Below are positions 13,713 through 25,095 of a DNA stretch of 64,000 bases, in pieces. This stretch comes from an uncultured Bacteroidales bacterium. GTDB lineage: Bacteria; Bacteroidota; Bacteroidia; Bacteroidales; WCHB1-69. The translations under genes and the position numbers were made by a program. Below the pieces are notes generated by a model. The model was not told where the DNA came from. It was given only the letters and a program-made list of their open reading frames with translations, and did no database searches. The stretch lies in NCBI GenBank assembly GCA_937901925.1, contig CALGTS010000015.1, positions 67,239 through 131,238 of the forward strand, given 5' to 3'. Positions within the stretch are counted from its first letter, which is position 1. Every line of letters begins with the position of its first letter.

Positions 13713-13913
13713 CTAAAAACTTCCAATATTTACGGATAACTTCTCTATCTCATTTTTCCCAGGAATTATAATAGGAAATATGCCAATAGCGATTAAAGCA
13801 TTGACAGCATTTTTTATTACAGAATGGATACAGCTGAACAGAAGAGAATTTTCTAACCTTATTACATCAGCTTTTACAATAAAAAATAGATAGTTAGAAA
13901 TTGTGGTTTTCAT
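13713..13913 (-). CDS. small ORF (66 aa) between the TPP riboswitch and thiD; coding status uncertain
   Basis: ORF-track entry in the operon leader. No recognisable motif and no C-terminal GG. Confidence 0.25.
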   Translation of the reverse strand: MKTTISNYLFFIVKADVIRLENSLLFSCIHSVIKNAVNALIAIGIFPIIIPGKNEIEKLSVNIGSF

Positions 13914-13980
13914 TGTTTTATTCTATTTTACAGCCCAGAGAATACGGCTTCTTTGAAAAGCCTAAACAATGAATTCCATA

Positions 13981-14062
13981 CCGTTTCCCTGCGCTGTTAT
14001 TATACATATCAGGTTCATAGGGTATTATCTCAGCCAAGCCCAAAACTTAGCACCCCTAACAG
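13981..14062 (-). promoter_or_regulatory. TPP (THI-box) riboswitch
   Basis: Reverse complement reads CTGTTAGGGGTGCTAAGTTTTGGGCTTGGCTGAGATAATACCCTATGAACCTGATATGTATAATAACAGCGCAGGGAAACGG. This matches the THI-element core (GGGGTGC, CTGAGA, ACCC, TGAACCTGAT, AGCGCAGGGAA) with P1 as CTGTT/AACGG. Confidence 0.9.
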
Positions 14063-14434
14063 CGTTAAATACGAAAATTCCTTTCGTATCTTAAATAATT
14101 TTACTCAACGACTTTGCAATGAATCTTTTGCAAAACCCTTTTTTATATATGTGGACCTCTTTTTATACATTTTTCATCATTCCCCGAAATCTTGCCGAAG
14201 TCCGTTAAACAAAATCGCAGAAAATGACTTGGCAAAAGTATAATTTTCTTTTGATATAACTTCCCTTTTTGATTTTTCAAAAAGTTTTTCTGAAAATTGT
14301 AGTAAAACAATGGTTTTAAGTATATTACAAATATAATTTGACCTAAATTATTGAATCTTATTCTTAAAATTCATCTTATAATCCAATTTTAGCAGGAGGA
14401 TTTGAACCTCATTTCGAGCAATTTGATAAATGAT

Positions 14435-15661
14435 CTATTCGTAACGTAAAGCTACAATAGGATCCAAATTTGCTGCTTTTTTTGCAGGATACCAACCAAA
14501 GAAAATTCCTGTAATGGCACAAACCCCAAACGAGATAATAATAGCGCTATAACTGATAACGTATGGCCAATTTAAGAAAGAGGAAACCACTTTCGACAAC
14601 AATACACCCAAAATAATTCCTATCACCCCTCCAATCAGACTTAGAATCACACTTTCTGAAAGAAACTGCAACAACACATCGCGGCTTTGCGCGCCAATTG
14701 CCATACGCAAGCCAATCTCTTTTGTCCTTTCTGTTACTGTTACATACATAATATTCATAATTCCAATTCCACCAACAATGAGCGATATAGAAGCAATAGC
14801 TGCTAAAAGCATTGTCATCATATTAGAGATAGAACTCATTGTTGACAACAACTCCTCTTGAGTTCTGATATCAAAATCGTCAACTCCGTTAGCAGGAATA
14901 TTATGAGTGCTTCGCAGAATATGCGTAATTTCTGTTGCCGCCAATTCAGACTGTTCTTCACTAACTGCTGAGGCGAAAAACATACTAAAATGCGTAATAC
15001 CCAGCGCTCGTTTCTGAACTGTTGAATAAGGTGCCAACACCACATCATCTTGATCCTGGCCCATCTGATTTTGACCTTTTGATTTCAAAACCCCAATCAC
15101 CTTCATTGGAATGGAACCAAAACGAATGGTTTGTCCAATAGGATTTTCTCCTTCGGTAAAGAGATTTTCTACAACTGTTTGTCCAATAACGCAAACCTTT
15201 GAATAGGTTTTTACATCCTCTTCGGTAAACATAATTCCGTCGGTCAACTCATATTTTCTAATTTCACAATAATCGGGTGAAACTCCTTGAATGGAAGCTG
15301 GGTGATTGTTTGAACCGAAGATTGCTTGTGCATTGCTGGTTACAAGAGGAGATACCGCTTTGACATATTTTGTATTATTTACCAACGATTGATAATCTTT
15401 CATATCCAAAGACTTAGCGCTGGAATTTCCCATATTTACGCCGCCACGCATCTGCCGTGCTGGATTAATCATAATCATATTGGAACCCATTGAAGAGAGT
15501 TCTTGTTGCACACTTAATGTAGAGCTTTGACCTAAACTCACCATTACAATTACAGAAGTAATACCTATAATAATGCCTAACATCGTAAGGAAAGCGCGAC
15601 CTTTGTTACGTAGGAGTGCAGTAATAGCAATTTTTATAAGGTTAATAATATTCATATACAA
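14435..15661 (-). CDS. ABC transporter permease, MacB/FtsX family
   Basis: 408 aa. N-terminal TM helix, large periplasmic domain and three C-terminal TM helices (FtsX-type). Confidence 0.9.
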   Translation of the reverse strand: MYMNIINLIKIAITALLRNKGRAFLTMLGIIIGITSVIVMVSLGQSSTLSVQQELSSMGSNMIMINPARQMRGGVNMGNSSAKSLDMKDYQSLVNNTKYVKAVSPLVTSNAQAIFGSNNHPASIQGVSPDYCEIRKYELTDGIMFTEEDVKTYSKVCVIGQTVVENLFTEGENPIGQTIRFGSIPMKVIGVLKSKGQNQMGQDQDDVVLAPYSTVQKRALGITHFSMFFASAVSEEQSELAATEITHILRSTHNIPANGVDDFDIRTQEELLSTMSSISNMMTMLLAAIASISLIVGGIGIMNIMYVTVTERTKEIGLRMAIGAQSRDVLLQFLSESVILSLIGGVIGIILGVLLSKVVSSFLNWPYVISYSAIIISFGVCAITGIFFGWYPAKKAANLDPIVALRYE

Positions 15662-15664
15662 TTT

Positions 15665-16414
15665 TTAATGTTCTTGTTCCGGTTTGTACGATGCTAACGC
15701 TTCGGCAGCTGATTGTTGAAAAATCTCTTTATCCAAAATGATATTGCCATCGCGCAACTTGATAGTTCGGGTTGTAAACTCTGCAATATCAGGTTCGTGC
15801 GTAACGAAAATTATTGTTTTTCCTTTACTATGGAAATCTTGCAGAAGAGTCATAATCTCGTAAGAAGTTCGAGTATCGAGGTTTCCTGTGGCTTCATCGG
15901 CAAGCAAAATTACGGGTTCATTGACCAATGCACGCGCAATTGCCACTCTTTGCTGTTGCCCTCCCGAAAGTTGGCTGGGGGTATGGTGAATTCTATCTGT
16001 AAGCTGCACTGCCTCTAAAGCTGCCAATGCACGTTCACGACGTTCTTTCGCCGAAATGGTATTGTTGTATAACAACGGAAGTTCCACATTTTCAAGAGCA
16101 CTTGTACGCGCTAATAAATTGTAATTCTGAAAGATAAATCCAATCTGCCGATTTCTAATTATCGACAACTCGTTGCGCGACAATGAACTTACTGCAATTC
16201 CGTTGATAATATATTCTCCAGAAGTAGGTTTATCTAAACATCCCAAAATATTTAAAAGGGTAGATTTTCCAGAGCCACTCGTGCCCATAATACTTACAAA
16301 TTCGCCCTCGTGAATGTCAAAAGATATTCCCTTCAATGCACGAACATCTTCACTTCCCACTTTGAAAATTCGAGTTAATTCTCTAACTTGTATTACCTCT
16401 TTTGCAGCTACCAT
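15665..16414 (-). CDS. ABC transporter ATP-binding protein (MacB/LolD-like)
   Basis: Walker [10 protein letters not shown], signature [15 protein letters not shown], Walker [13 protein letters not shown]. Confidence 0.95.
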   Translation of the reverse strand: MVAAKEVIQVRELTRIFKVGSEDVRALKGISFDIHEGEFVSIMGTSGSGKSTLLNILGCLDKPTSGEYIINGIAVSSLSRNELSIIRNRQIGFIFQNYNLLARTSALENVELPLLYNNTISAKERRERALAALEAVQLTDRIHHTPSQLSGGQQQRVAIARALVNEPVILLADEATGNLDTRTSYEIMTLLQDFHSKGKTIIFVTHEPDIAEFTTRTIKLRDGNIILDKEIFQQSAAEALASYKPEQEH

Positions 16415-16416
16415 AA

Positions 16417-17688
16417 CTATCTCTTTTTTTGTTGTGGAGGTTTCATCATAAATGGATTTCCACCTGACATTTGTTGTTGTTCATTTCCCATTTGCGCTTC
16501 CTCACCCACAATAATCATACAATTTTCTTCCAATCCCGACAGAATAACCACTTTTGCTCCATCGCTTAAGCCCATTTCTATGGGAATAGGTTCGCAAATT
16601 TTATCTCTTTTTATCCATACCATTTTATTATGGATGGGTTTCATCTTTGGAATCATATCCATTGAGGATGATGGCATCTTTCCTTTACCCGCCTTTTTAT
16701 CTAATTTTCCTTTGGGCATCTCTGGAGCGTTGAAGGTAATTCCTTTTTGCTTAAAATATTCCATACTCTCTGGAGTCGGCATATAATAAAGTGCTTCCAT
16801 CGGAATTGTTAACCCAACTTGCTTGTTTACCTCAATAGTTACGTTGGCGGTCATCCCTGGAAATAGCTTCTCTTCATTATTAGGTGCATCAATAATTACA
16901 GTATAGGTTACCACATTAGAAGTAACGACTGGTTCTAAACGAATTTGTTTGACAATACCTGTGAAAACGTCGTTAGGAAAAGCATCAACAGTAAAAGTAA
17001 CCTTTTGTCCCTCTTTTACTTGTCCTATATCAGCTTCATCAACATCAGCCTCAACTTGCATCTGTGTTAGATTATTGGCAATGGTAAATAATGTTGGTGT
17101 ATTGAAAGAAGACGCTACGGTTTGCCCCTCTTCAACCGCTTTATTCAAAACTACTCCAGAGATGGGAGAATATATACGTGAATAGGAAAGATTGACCTGC
17201 GCACGTTGTAAGTCGGATTTTGCGGTAAGGAGTTGATTTTTAGCTTGTATAAACTGATTCGTAGCTTGCTCAAATGACGCTTGCGTTGCCGCTTTGTTGT
17301 CGTACAACGCCTTGATTCTGTCGTAATTCTGTTGTGCTAAACTCAAATTGCTTTCCGCATTAGAAACCATTGCTTGCGACTGATTTACTTGCTCCAATAA
17401 GGTGGATTGGTCTAATTCTGCTAAAAGGTCTCCCTTTTCTACTTGCGAATTGAAATCAACATATAATTTTTGCACAATTCCCGAAACCTGAGTACCTACA
17501 TCTACCTTATACACAGGCTGAATTTCTCCTGTTGCTGTTACGGTAATAGTAACACTGTCAATCTGAACTGTAGTCGTTTTTAACTCAATTGTACTTTTCT
17601 TTTTTCCCCCGAAAATAACGACTAATAATACAATTATGATTATTGCCGAAAGAGTAATCCATAAAAACTTTTTGATAGATTTTTTCAT
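16417..17688 (-). CDS. efflux periplasmic adaptor subunit (HlyD/MacA family)
   Basis: 423 aa. N-terminal TM anchor, coiled-coil hairpin and lipoyl/beta-barrel pattern. Lies between the TolC-like and ABC genes. Confidence 0.88.
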   Translation of the reverse strand: MKKSIKKFLWITLSAIIIIVLLVVIFGGKKKSTIELKTTTVQIDSVTITVTATGEIQPVYKVDVGTQVSGIVQKLYVDFNSQVEKGDLLAELDQSTLLEQVNQSQAMVSNAESNLSLAQQNYDRIKALYDNKAATQASFEQATNQFIQAKNQLLTAKSDLQRAQVNLSYSRIYSPISGVVLNKAVEEGQTVASSFNTPTLFTIANNLTQMQVEADVDEADIGQVKEGQKVTFTVDAFPNDVFTGIVKQIRLEPVVTSNVVTYTVIIDAPNNEEKLFPGMTANVTIEVNKQVGLTIPMEALYYMPTPESMEYFKQKGITFNAPEMPKGKLDKKAGKGKMPSSSMDMIPKMKPIHNKMVWIKRDKICEPIPIEMGLSDGAKVVILSGLEENCMIIVGEEAQMGNEQQQMSGGNPFMMKPPQQKKR

Positions 17689-17715
17689 ATTATTGATTTT
17701 TATTCTATAACAAAA

Positions 17716-19017
17716 TTATAATTTGATTTCTTCTCCCATATAAACATCTAAAATTTTTCTTTCTAAAAGAAAGTTGTATTTATTTTGCATATAATTATGA
17801 AGAATATTTAAGTAGTTGCTTTGTTGTTGCAAAAGATCTGCTGCTGTAATTGAACCATATTTAAATTGTTGTATATAAGCTAAATAATTTGCAAAATAAG
17901 CATTTTTCTGTATTTCAGAAATGGTAAATTTATTGAGTGTAGTTGATAATGTATGATAATAAGATTCAATATCACGCTGGATATCCATTTGTGTTTGTTT
18001 TAGCTGCAACTCTGCTTGTTGAACCGACAATTTTCTCATATCCACATTGCTTTTCACACTATGCCGACTAAAAATAGGAATACTCAAATTCAGACCGACA
18101 GATTCACCAAAACGATTTTTCATTTGGTCACCTATAGGATTGCTATTATTTCTTGACAACCAAGACCAGCCCGTACTTGCTCCTGCATTTAACGATAGCG
18201 ATGGATAGTAGGAAGATTGCGCTAATTTTACATCATATTTCGCTAATTTTACACTATTACTATCTATTTTAATATCAGGAAGATAGCCTAATGTTTTGTT
18301 TAAAACTTCCGATAATTCAGGAACCTCTAATTGGCGCATTAACGATACACTATCTGGAATTTTCAATTGAAATGTTGCCGAAGATTCCATTACCAACAAA
18401 TTCCGCAATGTTACATATTGATTAGCAATGGTAATTTTCGTATTTTCTATATTTAAAGAATCTGATTTATATTGTGATTCCAACATTAAAAAATCACTTT
18501 CCAAAATCTGTCCTACTTTGAATTGCTGTTTTCCTTGTTCAAATTGTTCACGGCTCGCATTCAATACTACTTGTTGATAATCTATCATCTCATAGTTCAT
18601 CAAGATGGAAAGATAACTTTGTATAATACTTATTTTCAACTGATTGAAAGCTCTTTCTCGTTGGAGTTCGGATTGTTGTACGGAAAGTTGATTCTGCTTA
18701 ATGGCGTTGTAGTTGTACAATCCATTAAAAAGGCTCATACCCATATTGATTCCATAATTTCCGTTTAACGATAAGCCATCACCAATAGAATGGTTTAATC
18801 CTTGCGATGCAGAAGCAGAAATAGTTGGTGTAAGATTGAGTTTAGATTGCCTCAAAGAGATTTCAGACATCTCTTTTGAGATCTCTGCGGTTTGCAAAGT
18901 CAAACTATGTTGTTCTGCATAACGAATACAATCTGCCAATGAAAGGGTGGTAGGGTTTTGGGCAACACCAATGAAGATAAGACCTAATAGTCCCAATAAA
19001 AAACAAAACTTCTTCAT
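17716..19017 (-). CDS. TolC-family outer membrane efflux protein
   Basis: 433 aa with a signal peptide. Two-fold repeated coiled-coil-rich sequence. First gene of the efflux operon. Confidence 0.88.
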   Translation of the reverse strand: MKKFCFLLGLLGLIFIGVAQNPTTLSLADCIRYAEQHSLTLQTAEISKEMSEISLRQSKLNLTPTISASASQGLNHSIGDGLSLNGNYGINMGMSLFNGLYNYNAIKQNQLSVQQSELQRERAFNQLKISIIQSYLSILMNYEMIDYQQVVLNASREQFEQGKQQFKVGQILESDFLMLESQYKSDSLNIENTKITIANQYVTLRNLLVMESSATFQLKIPDSVSLMRQLEVPELSEVLNKTLGYLPDIKIDSNSVKLAKYDVKLAQSSYYPSLSLNAGASTGWSWLSRNNSNPIGDQMKNRFGESVGLNLSIPIFSRHSVKSNVDMRKLSVQQAELQLKQTQMDIQRDIESYYHTLSTTLNKFTISEIQKNAYFANYLAYIQQFKYGSITAADLLQQQSNYLNILHNYMQNKYNFLLERKILDVYMGEEIKL

Positions 19018-19119
19018 CTTTTATACTTTATTTAACGATTTGTAGACTAATGAACAAGTGAAAAATTTAATATTTAGATTACGTTTTTATACAAAAAGGA
19101 GATATAATATTATTTCGAA

Positions 19120-20937
19120 TTATAACAATCTCATTTCGCAATTCTTACAATCAAATTGCAACGTAAATTTTAGATTTTGACTTTTTAGATACCAAGGTTC
19201 CGCAGGTACATTTTTGGGATTTAACTTCGTACAATATCCCATTGCGTACTTAATGCAATATTTGCAAAACATAAGCGGCACTTTTTCTGTTGGTTTCTGT
19301 TTTTCAAAAGCTGGTGCAATTTCTGAAAATCCCAACTGCAGATAAACCGACTTTGCACGCAAATTCATCACATTTTGCAAATAGGTTGCCGTTTCATTTT
19401 CAAAAAGTTGAGGAAACTCTTGTAAGTGCATAAACATTTGTCGATTTTGATGCCATAATATCTGCCATTTCTCTTCTAAAATCGATAGTATCTCATTGCG
19501 CCACTGTGTGATAAGAGAAATTGGAATAAAGAAACTATTTTCTGTTTTTTTAATGAAATTTCGAAGAAAATAGTGTGTATTTCCTAACTTAGAAAGTTGT
19601 TTTTGCAACTGTTGGTTGGCTTGTTCCGCTTGTAAAGCCAACTCCTTTTCCAACGTTACCTTATAATTAAAATTACAGCCTCGCTCATCTGTTACATTAA
19701 AAAGAAAACCCGAATCGGTTTCCGAAAATTTGATATCAATAGCAATTTTACGTTCTGCACTTTTTCCCTTCAAAAATTTCAAAAAATTATGGTCATAATT
19801 TCTGAAAATCTCCTGTCCTACTGCAATTTTAGGCATTTCATTGGGAAAAATTCTATTTCCTTCCACACGATTGGCGCGGAAACCTTTCGCTTTATTATTG
19901 TCATCAAAAAAGAGAAACCCATCTCCATTATTCAACACCTCATTTGTTTCAATAATCAAATAGTTATACTTTTTAGCTTCTACTTTTCCTATAAATTGAC
20001 CCACCGATTTAGGCGTATTCCATTGCTGTAATTCATTTTTATTCTCTGAAGGAAAATATTCTGTTTTTCCGCGGTGGAAAGTTTTGGCTGGATTGGGAGT
20101 AAAATGATATGTAATTTTACCGAAAGAGGATTTTTCACAATTTAGTTTTTCTAAAACGGAATCGATTTTTTGCCGGTAAAAAGCGGTAACATTTTTAACA
20201 TACTCCACCTCTTTTAATCGACCTTCGATTTTAAAAGAAGATATGCCTGCCAGAATCATATCTTCAATATAATCAGAGCGATTCATATCTTTTAGTGAAA
20301 GTAGGTGTTTATCGTGAAGTAAAACATTGCCGTTAGCATCGGTTAAGGTATAGGGCAATCGGCACAACTGAGCGCAAGCGCCTCTATTTGCGCTTCTTCC
20401 GACTGCAGCTTGGCTCAAGTAGCACTGACCGCTGCAACTTACACAAAGTGCGCCGTGCACAAAAGCTTCCAATTCAATATTTGTTTGTTGTCGAATTTTT
20501 GCCATCTCCGAAATAGAAAGTTCGCGTGCCAACACCACACGATTGAAGCCCAAATTCTCCAACATTTTCACCTTTTCGGGTGTACGATTATCCATTTGCG
20601 TACTTGCATGCAATTCAAGGGGCGGCAAGTTGAGAGTGAGTAAACCCAAATCCTGAATAATTAGCACATCAACACCCACTTCATAGAGTTGCTTTATTAA
20701 CATTTCGCACTCCTTCAACTCATTATCTGTCAGAATTGTATTTAAAGCAACATGAACTTTTGCGCCAAAATTATGTGCATAATTGCATAACTTCTCAATA
20801 TCACCAATTTCGTTGCCAGCAGCCACGCGCGCACTGAAACGCGGAGCGCCAATATACACAGCATCGGCACCATGATTTATCGCTTCAATACCACAAATCA
20901 AATCCTTTGCAGGAGAGAGAAGTTCAATTTTTCGCAT
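19120..20937 (-). CDS. U32-family peptidase-like protein
   Basis: 605 aa. The N-terminal region MRKIELLSPAKD..GADAVY.. and the conserved Cys-rich block (CVSCSGQCYLS..GACAQLCR) are typical of U32. Confidence 0.85.
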   Translation of the reverse strand: MRKIELLSPAKDLICGIEAINHGADAVYIGAPRFSARVAAGNEIGDIEKLCNYAHNFGAKVHVALNTILTDNELKECEMLIKQLYEVGVDVLIIQDLGLLTLNLPPLELHASTQMDNRTPEKVKMLENLGFNRVVLARELSISEMAKIRQQTNIELEAFVHGALCVSCSGQCYLSQAAVGRSANRGACAQLCRLPYTLTDANGNVLLHDKHLLSLKDMNRSDYIEDMILAGISSFKIEGRLKEVEYVKNVTAFYRQKIDSVLEKLNCEKSSFGKITYHFTPNPAKTFHRGKTEYFPSENKNELQQWNTPKSVGQFIGKVEAKKYNYLIIETNEVLNNGDGFLFFDDNNKAKGFRANRVEGNRIFPNEMPKIAVGQEIFRNYDHNFLKFLKGKSAERKIAIDIKFSETDSGFLFNVTDERGCNFNYKVTLEKELALQAEQANQQLQKQLSKLGNTHYFLRNFIKKTENSFFIPISLITQWRNEILSILEEKWQILWHQNRQMFMHLQEFPQLFENETATYLQNVMNLRAKSVYLQLGFSEIAPAFEKQKPTEKVPLMFCKYCIKYAMGYCTKLNPKNVPAEPWYLKSQNLKFTLQFDCKNCEMRLL

Positions 20938-20951
20938 ACAAAAATGGATAA

Positions 20952-21809
20952 CTATTGAATATGCATTTTGTATAAATCTACAGTATTTTGCAATAACGAA
21001 GCAATTGTCATTGGACCAACACCACCTGGAACGGGAGAGATAGCTGCTGCTTTCTTCTCAATTCCAGAAACGTCAATACTATTGTAAATATCGCCTACCA
21101 ATTTTCCATCTACATTATTAATGCCTACATCAATTACTACTGCACCCTCTTTCAACATTTCGGCAGTCACCAAATTGGGACAACCAATAGCAATAATCAA
21201 GATTTCTGCTTGTCGTGTAAGTGCTGCCAAATCTCGAGTTTTGGAGTGACAAATAGTAACCGAAGCGTTTTCGTTCAGCATCAATTGTGCCATAGGTTTG
21301 CCAACTAAATTACTTCGACCAATAACCACACAATGCTTTCCAGTAATCTCAATTCCCTCCTCTTTCAACAACGAAATTATTCCACGTGGCGTACAAGGAA
21401 TAACACCTTTTTGAGAACTATTAAGCAAGCCCACATTCATCGGGTGCAAGCCGTCAACATCTTTTCTGTAATCAATAGCTGACAAAATTGCATTTCTATC
21501 AATATGCTTAGGAACAGGAAGTTGAACTAAAATTGCATCTATGGTATCATCTTGATTCAATCCTTCAATCACCTTAATCAACTCCACTTGACGAATAGAG
21601 TTGGGAAGGATATGTAAATCACAATCGATACCGATAGCGGAACAAGATTTCTTTTTGCTATTGACATATTGCACGCTGGCAGGGTCATCACCTACTAAAA
21701 TGATAGCCAATTTTGGAGCACGTCCATACTTTTTCATCATAAATTCAATTTCTATAGCGAGAATTGATTTGATTTTTTTCGCTAATTCTGTTCCGTTAAT
21801 TATCTTCAT
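20952..21809 (-). CDS. folD: bifunctional methylenetetrahydrofolate dehydrogenase/cyclohydrolase
   Basis: 285 aa. Contains GRSNLVGKPMAQLM and PVPGGVGPMT motifs. Confidence 0.95.
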   Translation of the reverse strand: MKIINGTELAKKIKSILAIEIEFMMKKYGRAPKLAIILVGDDPASVQYVNSKKKSCSAIGIDCDLHILPNSIRQVELIKVIEGLNQDDTIDAILVQLPVPKHIDRNAILSAIDYRKDVDGLHPMNVGLLNSSQKGVIPCTPRGIISLLKEEGIEITGKHCVVIGRSNLVGKPMAQLMLNENASVTICHSKTRDLAALTRQAEILIIAIGCPNLVTAEMLKEGAVVIDVGINNVDGKLVGDIYNSIDVSGIEKKAAAISPVPGGVGPMTIASLLQNTVDLYKMHIQ

Positions 21810-21984
21810 TACCTTTACATTGTTTGGTTATAAAACTGAAATTCACATTCTAAAAGAGGGAAAGGAAAAAAAATCTACTTTCTATAAAAACCTTTCAATT
21901 TATCTTTTAGAAGTTCATTATGGTTTGCAAAAGTATAAAATTTATGGAAATAAAAAACAGCGTTTTTCATATTTAAAAAAATTG

Positions 21985-21992
21985 TAATTTTG
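21985..21992 (+). promoter_or_regulatory. -7 promoter box (TAATTTTG) upstream of recA
   Basis: Matches TAnnTTTG about 30 nt before the recA ATG. Confidence 0.5.
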
Positions 21993-22023
21993 CCATTGTT
22001 TAACCTTCTAAAAACTTACTGAT

Positions 22024-23019
22024 ATGGAAAACGAAAAAAGAAACGAAGAAAGACTAAAAGTGCTCAATTCAACACTTGAAAAACTTGAAAAAACTTACGG
22101 AAAAGGTGCAATTATGAAACTGGGTGAAAAACCCGCAGAAAATATAGATGTTATCCCAACAGGCTCCTTAGGTTTAGATGTTGCTTTAGGAGTTGGAGGA
22201 TTTCCAAAAGGCAGAGTAATTGAAATTTTCGGACCAGAATCTTCTGGTAAAACTACCTTAGCAATTCACGCTATTGCAGAAGCTCAAAAAAATGGCGGAA
22301 TTGCAGCATTTATCGATGCGGAACATGCTTTTGATAGATTTTATGCTGAAAAATTAGGTGTTAATACTGCTGAACTTTTAGTTTCGCAACCCGATAACGG
22401 CGAGCAAGCTTTAGAAATTGCTGATAACCTAATCCGTTCAGGTGCTATCGACATTATCGTTATCGATTCTGTAGCCGCTCTTACTCCCAAAAGCGAAATT
22501 GAAGGTGATATGGGAGATTCGAAAATGGGACTTCAGGCAAGACTTATGTCACAAGCATTGAGAAAATTAACAGCAACAATCAGCAAAACAGGATGTTGCT
22601 GCATCTTCATCAACCAATTGCGCGAAAAAATCGGCGTGATGTTCGGAAATCCAGAAACCACTACAGGTGGTAATGCACTCAAATTTTACGCTTCCGTTCG
22701 TATCGATATCCGCAGAAGCTCACAAATCAAAGATGGTGATTCCGTTACTGGAAACCGCGTGAAAGTAAAAGTGGTAAAAAACAAAGTAGCACCTCCTTTC
22801 CGTAATGCTGAATTTGATATTCTTTATGGAGAAGGAATCTCAAAAGTGGGTGAAATCATTGATCTCGGCGTTGAGAAAAATATTATCAAAAAATCTGGCT
22901 CTTGGTTCTCCTACGGAGATTCCAAACTAGCACAAGGTCGTGAAGCCGCAAAACAGGTTCTTCTCGATAATCCTGAATTAGCTGAAGAATTAGAAAATAA
23001 GATTAAAGAGGTATTATAA
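22024..23019 (+). CDS. recA: recombinase RecA
   Basis: 331 aa. Walker [10 protein letters not shown] and a conserved RecA core throughout. Confidence 0.98.
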   Translation: MENEKRNEERLKVLNSTLEKLEKTYGKGAIMKLGEKPAENIDVIPTGSLGLDVALGVGGFPKGRVIEIFGPESSGKTTLAIHAIAEAQKNGGIAAFIDAEHAFDRFYAEKLGVNTAELLVSQPDNGEQALEIADNLIRSGAIDIIVIDSVAALTPKSEIEGDMGDSKMGLQARLMSQALRKLTATISKTGCCCIFINQLREKIGVMFGNPETTTGGNALKFYASVRIDIRRSSQIKDGDSVTGNRVKVKVVKNKVAPPFRNAEFDILYGEGISKVGEIIDLGVEKNIIKKSGSWFSYGDSKLAQGREAAKQVLLDNPELAEELENKIKEVL

Positions 23020-23047
23020 TTTATTGAAAATCAATCATATATTTATA

Positions 23048-24043
23048 ATGAAAAAGATTTTATTTCTTCTTTTGGGATTTATTGTTTTACTCACTTCTTG
23101 TAAACCCAAAACCGACAAATACGCCAATTTACCAGCAGCTTTGGCAGAGTTATGCTTACAAATCGATAAAAATCCTGACGATGCTGAACTTTACTATCAA
23201 CGTTCGCACTATTATCTCCAAAATGGATTTATGGATAAAGGATTTGAAGATATAAAAAAAGCTGTAGAACTGAATCCTAACGTTTCTAAATATCAAGTGT
23301 TAATTTCTGACTACTATTTCTCCCAACGAGAAACCGACTTAGCAGAAGAATCTTTGGAAAAAGCCATCGCATTGGATGAAAAAAACAATGAAGCGCGCTT
23401 GAAATTGGCAGAACTCTATTTTCACCTCAATATGATTGATGATTGTAATCTTGCGTTAGATGAAGCCATTGAGTTGCAAAGTCATAATCCTAAAGCTTAT
23501 CTCACCAAAGCATTCTGTTACAAAGAGATGCAAGATACTGCCAATATGATTCGTATGCTCCATTTAGTTTTGGACCAAGATCCTAAAGAGAAAAAAGCTC
23601 ATTTGGAATTGGGATATTTCTATCAACAACAGAACGATCCTATTGCTATTGAATACTATCGTACTGCATTGAATCACTATCCATCGGATAAAGAAATTAT
23701 TCATAATTTGGCTACGATGTATATGGATTTGGGTGAGATTGAGTTGGCGAAAGAGCAGTACAATTATCTGTTAACCGTTGATTCAGAAAATATTGGTGCT
23801 TTTACCCAATTGGGATATATCTATTTAGTTTATGAAGATAAATATGATGATGCTATTCGTTATTTTACACAAGCTATTAATTTAGATTCTACATTTGTTA
23901 ATGCAGTCTGCAACAGAGGTTTAGCTTTTGAATTAAAGGGTGAATTGGATAATGCGCGTCAAGATTATGGATACTGTTTGAAGATGCAACCCAACTTTGA
24001 ACCTGCAGTAAAAGGATTAAATCGCTTGGATAAATTAAAATAG
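23048..24043 (+). CDS. TPR-repeat lipoprotein
   Basis: I prefer the start at [18 protein letters not shown] (lipobox) over the upstream TTG at 23024. Multiple 34-aa TPR-like repeats. Confidence 0.75.
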   Translation: MKKILFLLLGFIVLLTSCKPKTDKYANLPAALAELCLQIDKNPDDAELYYQRSHYYLQNGFMDKGFEDIKKAVELNPNVSKYQVLISDYYFSQRETDLAEESLEKAIALDEKNNEARLKLAELYFHLNMIDDCNLALDEAIELQSHNPKAYLTKAFCYKEMQDTANMIRMLHLVLDQDPKEKKAHLELGYFYQQQNDPIAIEYYRTALNHYPSDKEIIHNLATMYMDLGEIELAKEQYNYLLTVDSENIGAFTQLGYIYLVYEDKYDDAIRYFTQAINLDSTFVNAVCNRGLAFELKGELDNARQDYGYCLKMQPNFEPAVKGLNRLDKLK

Positions 24044-24050
24044 GAAAGCT

Positions 24051-25085
24051 ATGCAAAACAAAAACCTTGACCCTTCCAAAGAGCGAATGTCGTCGGCTGA
24101 AAAGGAATTTGAAAGAGCGATTCGGCCAGCGGATTTTTCAAACTTTTTTGGGCAAGAGCAAGTGATAGAGAACATTATGATTTTTGTGCAAGCTGCCAAA
24201 AATCGTGGAGAAGCTCTCGACCATGTTCTTTTGCACGGACCTCCTGGGCTGGGAAAAACCACACTTTCTCATATCATCGCTAACGAAATGGGCGTGAATA
24301 TGAAGATAACTTCTGGACCAGTAATTGACAAACCTGGAGAATTAGCAGGACTTTTAACCAATTTAGAGCCCAACGATGTGCTCTTTATTGATGAAATTCA
24401 CCGCTTATCGCCTGTTGTAGAGGAGTATCTCTACTCTGCGATGGAAGATTATAAGATTGACATTATGATTGAAAGCGGTCCTAATGCTCGCAGTGTTCAG
24501 ATTTCGTTGAATCCCTTTACATTGGTAGGTGCAACCACGCGCTCTGGCTTACTAACAGCACCTCTTCGCTCGCGATTCGGTATCAACCTCCGCCTGCACT
24601 ACTACGACGCCGAAACTCTCTCCCGCATTCTGTTGCGCTCAGCTTCCATTCTCAATATTGGCATTACGAAAGATGCCGCTTTAGAGATTGCCCGCCGCAG
24701 TCGAGGAACCCCTCGTATTGCAAACCTCTTGTTGCGCCGAGTACGCGATTTTGCTCAAGTAAAAGGAGATGGAACCATAACATACGACATTACGCAGGTT
24801 GCTCTTTCTGCTCTCAACGTGGACCAACACGGTTTAGATGAAATGGATAACAAAATTTTGGGAACCATTATCGAAAAATTTAAAGGGGGTCCTGTAGGAA
24901 TTACTACCATTGCTACTGCGGTAGGAGAAGACGCTGGAACCATTGAAGAGGTGTATGAACCTTTCCTTATTCAAGAAGGCTACCTGATGAGAACTCCACG
25001 CGGGCGTGAAGCTACCGCTGCCGCATACAAACACCTCGGTAAAATTAAAATCAATGATTCATCTCCCTCATTATTCGATCTTTAA
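24051..25085 (+). CDS. ruvB: Holliday junction branch migration ATPase RuvB
   Basis: 344 aa. Contains [19 protein letters not shown] and [14 protein letters not shown]-like motifs. Confidence 0.97.
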   Translation: MQNKNLDPSKERMSSAEKEFERAIRPADFSNFFGQEQVIENIMIFVQAAKNRGEALDHVLLHGPPGLGKTTLSHIIANEMGVNMKITSGPVIDKPGELAGLLTNLEPNDVLFIDEIHRLSPVVEEYLYSAMEDYKIDIMIESGPNARSVQISLNPFTLVGATTRSGLLTAPLRSRFGINLRLHYYDAETLSRILLRSASILNIGITKDAALEIARRSRGTPRIANLLLRRVRDFAQVKGDGTITYDITQVALSALNVDQHGLDEMDNKILGTIIEKFKGGPVGITTIATAVGEDAGTIEEVYEPFLIQEGYLMRTPRGREATAAAYKHLGKIKINDSSPSLFDL

Positions 25086-25095
25086 TATTTGTACT

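Noticed and set aside
13953-14243. 96-aa plus-strand ORF
   Set aside because: It runs antisense across the TPP riboswitch and the thi leader. It is better explained by the regulatory RNA.
24035-24262. 75-aa minus-strand ORF overlapping the ruvB start
   Set aside because: It is antisense to the conserved ruvB N-terminus and has no independent support.
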